DNA from: an uncultured Lachnospiraceae bacterium
GTDB taxonomy: Bacteria > Bacillota > Clostridia > TANB77 > CAG-508
DNA length: 47,087 bases
Assembly: GCA_964470175.1 (NCBI GenBank)
Contig: CAYYBL010000004.1
Coordinates: 1 to 47,087 of the forward strand
Direction of reading: 5' to 3'
Shown here: piece by piece, positions 29,359 to 39,338 of the stretch
Layout: each line of letters begins with the position of its first letter
Numbering within the stretch: the stretch's first letter is position 1
The notes under the pieces: model-generated
Seen by the model: only the letters and a program-made list of their open reading frames with translations
The model's database searches: none
Told to the model about the DNA's origin: nothing
Made by a program: the position numbers and the translations under genes

Positions 29359-30630
29359 ATGATAATTGATGGTGAGGATGTCTATGTCATAGCTTTAGTA
29401 ATGGCAGCTGGTAAAGGAACACGAATGAATTCAAATAAATCAAAGCTTATACATAAGATTTATGGTAAAGAACTTGTTAAACGAGCTGTAGAAGCGCCTA
29501 TGAAATTAGGAGTAGATGATATCGTCACAATAGTAGGTTATTTAAAAGAACAGGTACAAGCTGTACTTGGTGATAAAGTAAATTATGCATATCAAAATGA
29601 ACTTTTAGGTACAGGTCATGCAGTAATGCAGGCTAGAAGTTATTTGGAAGGTAAAAAAGGAAAGGTATTAATTTTAAATGGTGATGTACCGATTATTAGA
29701 CCAGAGACACTCGGAAATCTAGTGGCTAAAAGTGTTAAAAATAAAGAATTTGCTACACTTCTTACAGCTATTTATGATAATCCTTCGGGATATGGAAGAA
29801 TTGTACGTGATGAAGGTGGAAGCGTAAAAGAAATAGTTGAAGAAAAAGATGCAAATATGTTTCAAAAAAATATAAAAGAAATTAATTCTGGAGTTTATTG
29901 TTTTGATATAGAAGAACTTTTAGATGCACTAAATGAACTAAAACCAAATAATGCCCAGGGCGAATATTACATTACTGATATCATTAAAATTATGAATGAT
30001 AAAGGTCTTAGGACTGGTGCTGTTATCGTAGAAGATAATACTGAAATATTAGGTGTTAACGATAGAATGCAGTTAGAACTATTAACTAGAGTTTTAAGAA
30101 TGAGAATTAATAAAGAATTAATGTTAAATGGTGTTACTATTGAAGATTCAGATTGCACATATATCCATGATGATGTAATTATTGGTACAGATACTATTAT
30201 ACATCCAAACACTATTATTAATAGTGGAGTTATAATAGGCAGTGATTGTGAAATTGGACCAAATGCGTATATAAGAGAGGGTTCAATTATTGGTGATAAT
30301 GTTAAAATAGGAAATTGTGTTGAAATAAAGAATTCTAAAATTGGACATAGAAGTAAAGTACCACATTTTATATATCTTGGGGATTGTGAAATCGGAGATG
30401 ATTCAAATGTTGGATGTGGTACAATTACGTGTAATTATGATGGAGAAAAAAAGAACAAGACCAAAATAGGTAATAATGCATTTATTGGATGTAATACAAA
30501 TTTTGTTGCTCCAGTTGAAATTGGAGATAATGTTACAATTGGAGCTGGTTCAACAATTACTGACAATATTCCATCTAATACTCTTGCAATTGCAAGAGAA
30601 AGACAAGTTAATAAACCAAAAAATAATTAA
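29359..30630 (+). CDS. glmU: Bifunctional UDP-GlcNAc pyrophosphorylase / GlcN-1-P acetyltransferase
   Basis: MAAGKGTRM, LGTGHAV, GYGRIVR, NAQGEYYITD, hexapeptide repeats, GTITCNYDG. ATG at 29359 follows GGGAGG. Confidence 0.95.
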   Translation: MIIDGEDVYVIALVMAAGKGTRMNSNKSKLIHKIYGKELVKRAVEAPMKLGVDDIVTIVGYLKEQVQAVLGDKVNYAYQNELLGTGHAVMQARSYLEGKKGKVLILNGDVPIIRPETLGNLVAKSVKNKEFATLLTAIYDNPSGYGRIVRDEGGSVKEIVEEKDANMFQKNIKEINSGVYCFDIEELLDALNELKPNNAQGEYYITDIIKIMNDKGLRTGAVIVEDNTEILGVNDRMQLELLTRVLRMRINKELMLNGVTIEDSDCTYIHDDVIIGTDTIIHPNTIINSGVIIGSDCEIGPNAYIREGSIIGDNVKIGNCVEIKNSKIGHRSKVPHFIYLGDCEIGDDSNVGCGTITCNYDGEKKNKTKIGNNAFIGCNTNFVAPVEIGDNVTIGAGSTITDNIPSNTLAIARERQVNKPKNN

Positions 30631-30648
30631 AAGGAATGTACAAAGGAT

Positions 30649-32155
30649 ATGGAAGAAAGAAAAAATAGTAGAGTAACTAAAAACGAAAAGATTCTTAACA
30701 AAGATATAGTGACAATGATTGCAGTTTCTTTTGTTTTAGGATTTTTGATAGAAGTTTTATTAAGTTTATTATTGAAGAAGTATTCAAGCCCTTCTTTTTC
30801 AAGAGGAATAAAAATTTCTCTAGTTGTGCTTTTTATGGTATTCCAGTTTAAATTAGGCTTTAAGACATTTTACTCATTTGTTATAAATAATAGATATATC
30901 ATTTCTATAGTGCTGGTAATACTACTTAGTTTGCTTGAAATTCCTAATAGAAATATTTTTGATATAGGTTCTGTTTTTGGTATTTTTTGGTTCATAGAGT
31001 TTTTCTCACTTTTTCTAGTAACATATGAATTCTTTGAAATTATTACAAATCATAACAAAGGATTTTCATTTTGCGCAACTATTGTATTTATGTTTTCAGC
31101 ATTTACACAAAACTTATTAAGTCTTTTCTTACTTCCAATTTTTTATGGTGAATTGGCTATCATAGTTCTTAATAAATATTTAAAAAATGATACTAAGGGT
31201 TTATTATATTTATTATTTCTTATTGTGATTGGCATACTTTATAGTATTACAGTCGATTCTTTTCTAATTTCATATGGATATGTATTTTTAGCTCTTATAA
31301 TTTGGCAAATTTTAGAACATTTTAAAAATATAGACAGAAAAAAGAAAATAAGTATATTTATTGTTATATTATTTGCTATAGCCCAAAATATCATTGTAAA
31401 AGTATTTATGATTCCATACAAAAGTGATACATTGCCAACAATAGGAAATAGTATTTCTTATTTGTTCAATTACTTATATAGCGCTTTTATACCTTATAAA
31501 AATATTGAAAATGGATACCTTATTGCAGGATTGCTTTCATTATTTCCAGTACCATTACTTTTAGGATTGTACTCTACGTACAAATATGAAAGCAATAATA
31601 AATTTCTATTTCCAATGGTTGTTGTAAACGCAATAGAAACTATAGTTTATTTATCACCTAATGCTGAAATTCTTGAAATTTTTGAAAAAATAACTCTTTT
31701 TTCAAAAGTATTAAATCCTCAAATTTTAATAAGTGCAATTAATTATACTAACTTATTGCTAATAATATATTTTATTTCAAACTATAATGAAAAAATAATG
31801 AGTTTTAAAGGAACTATTAGATTTACGATTATTTCTATGCTTTTTATAGTAGTTCTTATGCAGTTTAGTATACCAGAGGCTTTTAATTCAAGACTATATA
31901 TAACGTTTATAACAATTGAATATTCATTACTTGTTTTTACTTTCTTAAACTATAAAGATAGAAGGTATATGAAGTTATTTTTGGCAAGTATAATACTATT
32001 TACACTAGTTCGGAGGAGTTGGAGTGCATCCTTGGATAGCTGATTTTGCAAAAGAAAGAAGCGAAAGAGCTAGATTAGAACAAGAATATTATAAAGCGCT
32101 TGAAGAAGAATCTGAAATAGTGGAAAATAATCCCGATGAGTATATTCAAAAATAA
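30649..32155 (+). CDS. Multi-TM membrane protein, shortened paralog of the 17773 GT-C protein; reading frame shifts +1 at codon 455 (CGG, 32011)
   Basis: Shares YGYVFLALIIW, LSLFPVPLLLG and other segments with the 17773 protein. The 0-frame stops at 32043; the +1 frame from 32012 gives GGVGVHPWIADF...EYIQK* (ends 32155), matching the paralog's SGLRVNPVI. Confidence 0.7.
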
Positions 32156-32200
32156 AATGTGAAAATATTGTGTCCTAAGGTGTTATTTTTGTGAAATTCT

Positions 32201-32228
32201 TTGACATATAGTAGCGCTGTGATATAAT
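32201..32228 (+). promoter_or_regulatory. Consensus sigma-A promoter for the rml operon
   Basis: TTGACA, 16-bp spacer, TATAAT, with an extended -10 TG. Confidence 0.85.
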
Positions 32229-32290
32229 TCTAGTGTCGTGAAAGTAGAGTTATTTCTACTTTATAAATAAATGTAAAGCGAGGTAAAAAA

Positions 32291-33151
32291 ATGGAAAAAG
32301 TTTTTCTTATTGGTGCAGATGGAATGCTTGGTGGAGAACTTAAAACAAGACTTGAAAAAAATTATGAGGTTGTATCAACAACAATTGAAACACTTGATAT
32401 ATGTGATAGAAATGCAGTTTTAAATAAAGCTGCTGAAATAAATCCAGACTATATCATTAATTGTGCTGCATATACAAATGTTGATGGATGTGAAGTAAAT
32501 TATGATTTAGCAAACAGAGTAAATGGAGAAGCTGTTGCAAATATAGCAGAGGCTGCAAATCAAGAAGATGCAATTCTTATTCATATAAGTACAGATTATG
32601 TTTTTGATGGAAAGCTTGATATTGATAAGGTATATACAGAAGATATGTCTGTAGGACCTGTTAGTGCATATGGAAAGACTAAACTTCTTGGTGAAGAAAA
32701 TGCTTCAAAAGCAAATAAATATTATATTTTAAGAACAGCATGGTTGTATGGACTTGGAGGTAAAAACTTTGTAAAAACTATGCTTAAATTATCAGAAACT
32801 CATGACAAAATTACAGTAGTAAATGATCAACATGGAAGTCCAACATGTACAACAACTCTATGTGGTATCATTGAAGGCGTAATGGAGAAAAAGCCAGCAT
32901 ATGGTGTTTACCATTCAACAAATGAAGGATTTACTACATGGTATGACTTTACAAAAAAGATTTTTGAATATGCAGGTAAGACTACAATAGTAGAGCCTGT
33001 TACTTCAGAACAATATAAACAAATGAACCCAGCATCATCAGATAGACCAAAAAATAGTATGCTTTCAAAAGCAAAACTTGAGGCTATTGGTATAGTACCA
33101 TCAAGATGGGAAGATGCTCTTGCTGGATATTTAAAGGAGGAATTAAAATAA
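32291..33151 (+). CDS. rmlD: dTDP-4-dehydrorhamnose reductase
   Basis: GADGMLG, NCAAYTNVD, HISTDYVFDG, YGKTK, LRTAWLY, DQHGSPT. Confidence 0.95.
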   Translation: MEKVFLIGADGMLGGELKTRLEKNYEVVSTTIETLDICDRNAVLNKAAEINPDYIINCAAYTNVDGCEVNYDLANRVNGEAVANIAEAANQEDAILIHISTDYVFDGKLDIDKVYTEDMSVGPVSAYGKTKLLGEENASKANKYYILRTAWLYGLGGKNFVKTMLKLSETHDKITVVNDQHGSPTCTTTLCGIIEGVMEKKPAYGVYHSTNEGFTTWYDFTKKIFEYAGKTTIVEPVTSEQYKQMNPASSDRPKNSMLSKAKLEAIGIVPSRWEDALAGYLKEELK

Positions 33152-34083
33152 TGAAGGGAATTATTCTTGCAGGAGGAAGTGCTACAAGACTTTATCCTGT
33201 TACACTTGCAGTATCAAAACAAATGATTCCAGTTTATGATAAGCCTATGATTTATTATCCACTTTCATTGCTTATGATGGCTGGTATTAAAGAAGTACTT
33301 ATTATATCTACACCTGCACACTTACCATCATTTAAAGTTTTATTAGGTGATGGAAGTCAACTTGGTATGAAATTTGAATATAAAATACAAGAAAAACCAG
33401 TTGGACTTGCAGATGCATTTATACTTGGAGAAGATTTTATTGGAGATGACAGTGTATCACTTATCCTTGGAGATAATATGATATATGGTTCAAGAATTGA
33501 AAGAGTTTTGAGAGCAGCTAGCAACTTAAAAGAAGGTGGTATAATTTTTGGATATAAAGTTGCTGATCCTACATCATATGGTGTTGTTGAAATAGATCCA
33601 AATGGAAAAGCAATCTCTATAGAAGAAAAACCAGCAAAGCCAAAATCAGATTTTGCTGTACCTGGAATATATTTTTATGACAATAACGTTGTTAAGATTG
33701 CAAAATCTATAAAACCTTCAGCAAGAGGCGAGCTTGAAATTACAGATGTAAATAAAGTATATATGGATCAAGGAAAACTTCAAGTTATTCCTTTAGGAAA
33801 TGGATATGCATGGTTTGATACAGGTTCAGCTGATAGACTTTCTGATGCATCAGATTTTGTAAAAGCTATAGAACTTAGACAAGGAATTCAAATTTCTTGT
33901 ATAGAAGAAATTGCATATAGAAATGAATGGATAGATAAGGCTGGACTTTTAAAAGAAGCAGAAAAATATAATAAGACTGAGTATGGAAAACACCTTGAAA
34001 GAGTTGCTGCACAAGATTTTGCAAAGTATAAGACAATTTACGAGAGTGATTTATTTTCTACACCAGGAGTTAATGTATTTTAA
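33151..34083 (+). CDS. rmlA: Glucose-1-phosphate thymidylyltransferase
   Basis: MKGIILAGGSATRLYP, YDKPMIYYP, LGDN, SARGELEITD. The ATG overlaps the rmlD stop (TAATG) and follows AAGGAGG. Confidence 0.96.
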   Translation: MKGIILAGGSATRLYPVTLAVSKQMIPVYDKPMIYYPLSLLMMAGIKEVLIISTPAHLPSFKVLLGDGSQLGMKFEYKIQEKPVGLADAFILGEDFIGDDSVSLILGDNMIYGSRIERVLRAASNLKEGGIIFGYKVADPTSYGVVEIDPNGKAISIEEKPAKPKSDFAVPGIYFYDNNVVKIAKSIKPSARGELEITDVNKVYMDQGKLQVIPLGNGYAWFDTGSADRLSDASDFVKAIELRQGIQISCIEEIAYRNEWIDKAGLLKEAEKYNKTEYGKHLERVAAQDFAKYKTIYESDLFSTPGVNVF

Positions 34084-34103
34084 ATTATAAGGAGATATTA
34101 TTT

Positions 34104-34694
34104 ATGGGAAAGTTTAAAAGAATTGATACATCAATTGATGGAGTATGTATAATCGAACCAACGGTATTTGGTGATGATAGAGGCTATTTTATGGAAACAT
34201 TTGAAAAAAATGATTTCGAAGAAATAGGTATTACTGGAGAATTTGTACAAGACAATCAATCTCGTTCAAAGAAAGGTGTTTTAAGAGGATTACATTTCCA
34301 AAAAGAACATTCTCAAGCAAAAATAGTTCGTTGCATTAAAGGAGAAGTATTTGATGTAGCTGTTGATTTGAGACCAGGAAGCAAAACTTATGGAATGTGG
34401 GAAGGCGTAATACTAAGTGAAGAAAATAAGAAGATGTTTTATATACCAAGAGGATTTGCTCATGGATTTTTAGTTCTTTCTGATATGGCTGAGTTTTGCT
34501 ACAAAGTAGATAATATTTATGATCATGAGAGTGAAGGTGGACTTAAATGGAATGATGCTACTGTAAATATAAATTGGCCTGAAGTACCTGGTATGAGACC
34601 TGATGAGTATATTACATCTGAGAAAGATGGATTATGGCCATCACTAGAAGAACTTAAAAAGACTGATTTATTTAAAGAATATAAATTAGATTAA
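34104..34694 (+). CDS. rmlC: dTDP-4-dehydrorhamnose 3,5-epimerase
   Basis: FGDDRGYF, VQDNQS, GVLRGLHFQ, FDVAVDLR, GFAHGF. Confidence 0.96.
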   Translation: MGKFKRIDTSIDGVCIIEPTVFGDDRGYFMETFEKNDFEEIGITGEFVQDNQSRSKKGVLRGLHFQKEHSQAKIVRCIKGEVFDVAVDLRPGSKTYGMWEGVILSEENKKMFYIPRGFAHGFLVLSDMAEFCYKVDNIYDHESEGGLKWNDATVNINWPEVPGMRPDEYITSEKDGLWPSLEELKKTDLFKEYKLD

Positions 34695-34705
34695 AGGAGA
34701 AAAAA

Positions 34706-35674
34706 ATGAAAAATATATTAGTTACAGGTGCTGCAGGATTTATAGGAGCCAATTTTGCAGAACATATGGTAAAGAAATATGATGGAAAATATAATATTAT
34801 TGTTTATGACAAGCTTACATATGCTGGAAATTTACACAATCTAGATGATATAAAAGATAAGATTATATTTGTAAAAGGTGATATTTGTGATTTCGACAAA
34901 GTAATGGAAACATATAAAAAGTATGATATCGATGGTATAGTACATTTTGCTGCTGAATCACATGTAGATAATAGTATAAAGACTCCATTCATTTTCACAC
35001 AGACAAATGTATTAGGTACTCACACACTTCTTGAAGCTGCAAAACAATTTTGGGGAGAGGGTAGTCCAAATAAATTTGTACATGTTTCTACAGATGAAGT
35101 ATTTGGTTCACTTGGAAAAGATGGTTACTTTACAGAAACATCTCCAATAAAACCAAATTCACCATATTCTTCTTCAAAAGCATCTTCAGATTTAATTGCA
35201 TTTGCATATAGTGAAACATTTAAAATGAATGTATCTGTTACAAATTGTTCAAATAATTATGGTGCTTTTCAACATCATGAGAAACTTATACCTCATATGA
35301 TAAGTTTAGCTCTTAAAGATCAAAAACTTCCAGTTTATGGAGAGGGATTAAATGTAAGAGATTGGCTATATGTAGAGGATCATTGTGAGGCTATTGATTT
35401 GGTTCTTCATAATGGTAGAAAAGGTGAAAGATACAATATAGGCGGACATAATGAAAAGAGAAACATTGACATAGTTAAATTGATTTTGAAAAGACTTGAT
35501 AAACCAGAATCACTTATAGAGCATGTAGAAGACAGAAAAGGTCATGACTTTAGATATGCTATTGACCCTACGAAGATTCATAATGAACTTGGATGGCTTC
35601 CAAAAACTAAGTTTGATGATGGAATTGTATATACCATAGATTGGTATCTTGCTCATAAAGAATACTTAGCATAA
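34706..35674 (+). CDS. rmlB: dTDP-glucose 4,6-dehydratase
   Basis: VTGAAGFIG, DKLTYAGN, HFAAESHVD, VSTDEV, SPYSSSK, RDWLYVEDH. Confidence 0.96.
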   Translation: MKNILVTGAAGFIGANFAEHMVKKYDGKYNIIVYDKLTYAGNLHNLDDIKDKIIFVKGDICDFDKVMETYKKYDIDGIVHFAAESHVDNSIKTPFIFTQTNVLGTHTLLEAAKQFWGEGSPNKFVHVSTDEVFGSLGKDGYFTETSPIKPNSPYSSSKASSDLIAFAYSETFKMNVSVTNCSNNYGAFQHHEKLIPHMISLALKDQKLPVYGEGLNVRDWLYVEDHCEAIDLVLHNGRKGERYNIGGHNEKRNIDIVKLILKRLDKPESLIEHVEDRKGHDFRYAIDPTKIHNELGWLPKTKFDDGIVYTIDWYLAHKEYLA

Positions 35675-35700
35675 ATAATTTAAGATTGTTTTACATTATA

Positions 35701-35748
35701 AAATAGCAATAATTAAATATTGCTATTTTATTTTATATGTAATATAAT
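35701..35748 (+). promoter_or_regulatory. Terminator-like hairpin after rmlB overlapping the mreB promoter
   Basis: AAATAGCAATA...TATTGCTATTT hairpin; its right arm supplies TTGCTA (35720-35725), 17 bp upstream of TATAAT (35743-35748). Confidence 0.55.
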
Positions 35749-35783
35749 TGTAACGTAAATGTGAAGTTTTAGGAGTATGATGA

Positions 35784-36782
35784 ATGTTTGGACAGGATAT
35801 AGGAATTGATTTAGGTACAGCAACTGTCATTGCCTATGTGAAAGGCAAGGGCATAGTTTTAAGAGAGCCTTCTGTCGTTGCAGTAAATAATATCACAGGA
35901 GAAGTACTTGCTGTTGGGCATGAAGCTAGAAGAATGCTTGGTAGAACACCTGGAAATATAGTTGCTATCAGGCCTCTTCGTGATGGAGTTATTTCTGATT
36001 ATACTGTTACTGAAAAGATGCTTAAGTATTTTATTGGAAAAATTGGTGGACGTGGTCTTTTTGCTCCTAGAATAATGATTTGTATACCTTCACAAGTTAC
36101 AGAAGTTGAAAAGAAAGCAGTAATAGATGCTGCATCAAATGCTGGTGCAAGGAAAGTATATCTTATTGAAGAGCCTATTGCTGCAGCTATAGGAGCAGGT
36201 ATAGACATTTCAAAACCTGTTGGAAATATGATTGTTGATATTGGTGGTGGCACCACAGATATAGCTGTTATATCTCTTGGAGGGTCTGTTGTAAGTTCTT
36301 CTATAAAAGTTGCTGGAGATAAATTTGATGAAGCTATAGTAAAATATATAAAAAGAAGACATAATGTTATTATTGGAGAAAGGACATCTGAAGAGCTTAA
36401 ACAACAAATTGGTTGCGTATTTCCAAAGATTCAAGATATGGAAATGGATGTACGTGGAAGAGATTTGATTACAGGTCTGCCAAAAACCCTAACTATTTAT
36501 TCAAGTGAAATGATAGAAGCTTTAGATGAACCAGTAAATCTTATTATAGATGCAGTACACTCTGTTTTGGAGCGTACACCACCAGAGCTTGCAGCAGATA
36601 TAAGCGATAAAGGTATTTATATGACAGGTGGAGGTTCTTTAGTAGATGGATTAGATAGATTACTGCAAGAAAAGACAGGTATAAATGTCATGATTGCAGA
36701 AGATGCGATTTCATGTGTTGCGAGAGGCACAGGAAAAGCATTAGATAATTTAGATACGATGGATAGAATGAAAAAATACTAA
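35784..36782 (+). CDS. mreB: Rod shape-determining actin homolog (MreB/Mbl)
   Basis: IGIDLGTA, EPSVVA, RPLRDGVI, EEPIAAAIGAG, VDIGGGTTD, MTGGG. Confidence 0.92.
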   Translation: MFGQDIGIDLGTATVIAYVKGKGIVLREPSVVAVNNITGEVLAVGHEARRMLGRTPGNIVAIRPLRDGVISDYTVTEKMLKYFIGKIGGRGLFAPRIMICIPSQVTEVEKKAVIDAASNAGARKVYLIEEPIAAAIGAGIDISKPVGNMIVDIGGGTTDIAVISLGGSVVSSSIKVAGDKFDEAIVKYIKRRHNVIIGERTSEELKQQIGCVFPKIQDMEMDVRGRDLITGLPKTLTIYSSEMIEALDEPVNLIIDAVHSVLERTPPELAADISDKGIYMTGGGSLVDGLDRLLQEKTGINVMIAEDAISCVARGTGKALDNLDTMDRMKKY

Positions 36783-36784
36783 TT

Positions 36785-36813
36785 GGGGCTATTTATACAA
36801 GCCCTTTTATTTT
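36785..36813 (+). terminator. Weak intrinsic terminator
   Basis: GGGGCT...AGCCCT followed by TTTATTTT. Confidence 0.55.
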
Positions 36814-36827
36814 GAAAAGGAAAATAA

Positions 36828-38096
36828 ATGAAAGTTGCTTTTTATACACTTGGGTGTAAAGTAAATCAATATGAGACAAATGGTATGATTCAAGCTTTTA
36901 AGACTAAAGGATATGATATAGTAAATTTTGATGAGAAAGCTGACATATATATTGTAAATACATGTACAGTCACAAATATAGCTGATAGAAAATCAAGACA
37001 GGTACTTAGCAGAGCAAAGAAAGAAAATAAAGATGCTATAGTTGTGGCTTGTGGCTGTTATGCGCAAGTTTCAAAAGATAAACTTGACCTTGATAAGGAA
37101 ATTGATTTAGTTATAGGAAATACAGAAAAAAAAGATATTGTAAAATATATAGAAGATTATATAGATAGTAAATCTAAGGTTAAGAATATTGATGATGTTC
37201 TTCGTGATAAGAATTATATTGAGTTTGGTGATGTAGTATATACTGAAAAAACTCGTGCTATGATAAAAGTACAAGATGGTTGCGATAGATTTTGTACATA
37301 TTGTCTTATACCTTTTGCTAGAGGAAAAATAAGGAGTAGGGATCCTAAAAATGTTATTTCTGAAATAAAAAAGATTTCGCAAAATGGTATAAAAGAAGTA
37401 GTAATTACAGGTATACATGTAGCATCATATGGAAAAGATTTTAAAGAAAATTACTCACTAATTGATTTACTTGAAGAAATAAATAAAATAGATGGAATAG
37501 AGCGAATAAGACTTGGATCTATAGAGCCACTTCTGATGTCTGAAGAGTTTATGACTAGACTTTCAAAACTGAATAAAATTTGTCATCATTTCCATTTATC
37601 ACTTCAAAGTGGCTCAAACAGTACTCTTAAGAGAATGGGAAGAAGATATACTACAGAAGAATTTAAAGAAATAGTGGATAGAATAAGACGTTATTATGAT
37701 GATTCTATACTTACCACAGATATAATTGTCGGATTTCCAGGTGAAACAGATGATGAATTTGAAGAAACATATAAATTTCTATCTGATATTAAATTTTACA
37801 AAATGCATATCTTTAAATATTCTAAGAGAGAAGGGACTAAAGCAGCTATTATGCCAAATCAAGTTGATGGAAGCATTAAAGAAATTAGGAGCAAAAAACT
37901 GATAGAACTTTCAAATAAATTTGAAAGAGAATATTTAAATAGTTATATAGGAAAAGAAATAGAAGTACTTTTTGAGGAAAAAGATGGTGAATACTATAAG
38001 GGTCATACTTCAAATTATCTATTAGTAAAATACAAATCAAATGAAGATTTGGAGAATAGAATTGTAAAAGTAAGACTTAAGGAGGAAAATTTATGA
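36828..38096 (+). CDS. mtaB: tRNA t6A37 methylthiotransferase (radical SAM)
   Basis: TLGCKVNQYET, NTCTVT, GCYAQ, KVQDGCDRFCTYC, and a C-terminal TRAM-like domain. Confidence 0.93.
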   Translation: MKVAFYTLGCKVNQYETNGMIQAFKTKGYDIVNFDEKADIYIVNTCTVTNIADRKSRQVLSRAKKENKDAIVVACGCYAQVSKDKLDLDKEIDLVIGNTEKKDIVKYIEDYIDSKSKVKNIDDVLRDKNYIEFGDVVYTEKTRAMIKVQDGCDRFCTYCLIPFARGKIRSRDPKNVISEIKKISQNGIKEVVITGIHVASYGKDFKENYSLIDLLEEINKIDGIERIRLGSIEPLLMSEEFMTRLSKLNKICHHFHLSLQSGSNSTLKRMGRRYTTEEFKEIVDRIRRYYDDSILTTDIIVGFPGETDDEFEETYKFLSDIKFYKMHIFKYSKREGTKAAIMPNQVDGSIKEIRSKKLIELSNKFEREYLNSYIGKEIEVLFEEKDGEYYKGHTSNYLLVKYKSNEDLENRIVKVRLKEENL

Positions 38097-39325
38097 AAAA
38101 AATAGAATTGCTTGCACCTGCTGGTTCATTTGAAAAAGCAAAAATTGCAATTAAATATGGAGCTGATGCTATATATTGTGGTACGCCAGAGCTTTCACTT
38201 AGGTCAAGATCAGAACTTGAAGAAGACGACTTAGAAAAAACTATAAATTATGCTCATGAACATGGTAAAAAAGTTCATGTTGCTGTAAATATATATGCTG
38301 GTGATGAGACATATGAAAAAATAATAGAAGAAGCAAAAAAGCTTGAAAGATTACATGCTGATGCTGTAATTATTGCAGATGGAGGAGTAATAGATGTATT
38401 TAGAGAGTATGCTCCAAATGTTGATATACATGTAAGTACTCAGGCAAATACTGTAAGCTATCATACATGTAAATTTTGGCATAGAAATGGTGCAAAAAGA
38501 ATTGTACTTAGCAGAGAACTTAATAAAAGACAAATAGAGGATATCATTAAAAATAAACCAGATGATCTTGAAATAGAAACTTTTGTACATGGTGCTATAT
38601 GTTTTGCATATTCAGGAAGATGTTTTTTAAGTGAGTTTTTAGCAGGACGAAATGCAAATTTGGGTGATTGTGCACAAAGCTGTAGATGGGCATATAATGT
38701 ATATGTAGAAGAAACAAACAATCCTGGAAATCTTATGCCAGTTGAAACAGATGAAAAGGGAACATATATTTTTTCATCTAAAGATTTGTGTTTGGTGAAT
38801 GAGCTTCCAGAACTTATTCAAATGGGGGTTGATAGCTTAAAAGTCGAAGGAAGACTAAAAACTGAGTATTATATAGCTACTGTCATAAATACATATAGAG
38901 CAGCTATTGATGACTATTATAATAACCCACAAAATTATGACGGAAGTATATACATGGAAGAACTTGAAAAAACCAAAACAAGAGGTCTTACAACATTTTA
39001 TTTTAATGATAAAAATAATAAAGATTTTCAAGATTATAAAGGAAGACAATATAATAGTGATTATGAATTTGGCGGAATGATTTTAAAAGAATTAAAAGAA
39101 GGTAGAGTACTAATCGAAATCAGAAATAAATTATCTGTTGGAGATAGTTTAGAACTTATCATTCCAGGTATTTTAAAACCATTAGAGTTTAAGATTGAAA
39201 AATTATGGGACGATGAAACATTAGAAGAGATAGAAACAGTAAATCCTGGAAAATATGGTCAAAAAGTAATTTTAAATATTCCTTCAAAAGTAGAAGAAGG
39301 ATGGATAATCAGAAGAAAAAAATAA
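38093..39325 (+). CDS. Peptidase U32 family protein (TrhP-like tRNA hydroxylation)
   Basis: ELLAPAG, GADAIYCG, HVSTQAN, FVHGAICFAYSGRC, GDCAQSCR, SLKVEGR. Confidence 0.88.
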   Translation: MKKIELLAPAGSFEKAKIAIKYGADAIYCGTPELSLRSRSELEEDDLEKTINYAHEHGKKVHVAVNIYAGDETYEKIIEEAKKLERLHADAVIIADGGVIDVFREYAPNVDIHVSTQANTVSYHTCKFWHRNGAKRIVLSRELNKRQIEDIIKNKPDDLEIETFVHGAICFAYSGRCFLSEFLAGRNANLGDCAQSCRWAYNVYVEETNNPGNLMPVETDEKGTYIFSSKDLCLVNELPELIQMGVDSLKVEGRLKTEYYIATVINTYRAAIDDYYNNPQNYDGSIYMEELEKTKTRGLTTFYFNDKNNKDFQDYKGRQYNSDYEFGGMILKELKEGRVLIEIRNKLSVGDSLELIIPGILKPLEFKIEKLWDDETLEEIETVNPGKYGQKVILNIPSKVEEGWIIRRKK

Positions 39326-39338
39326 GGAGTATTGTATA

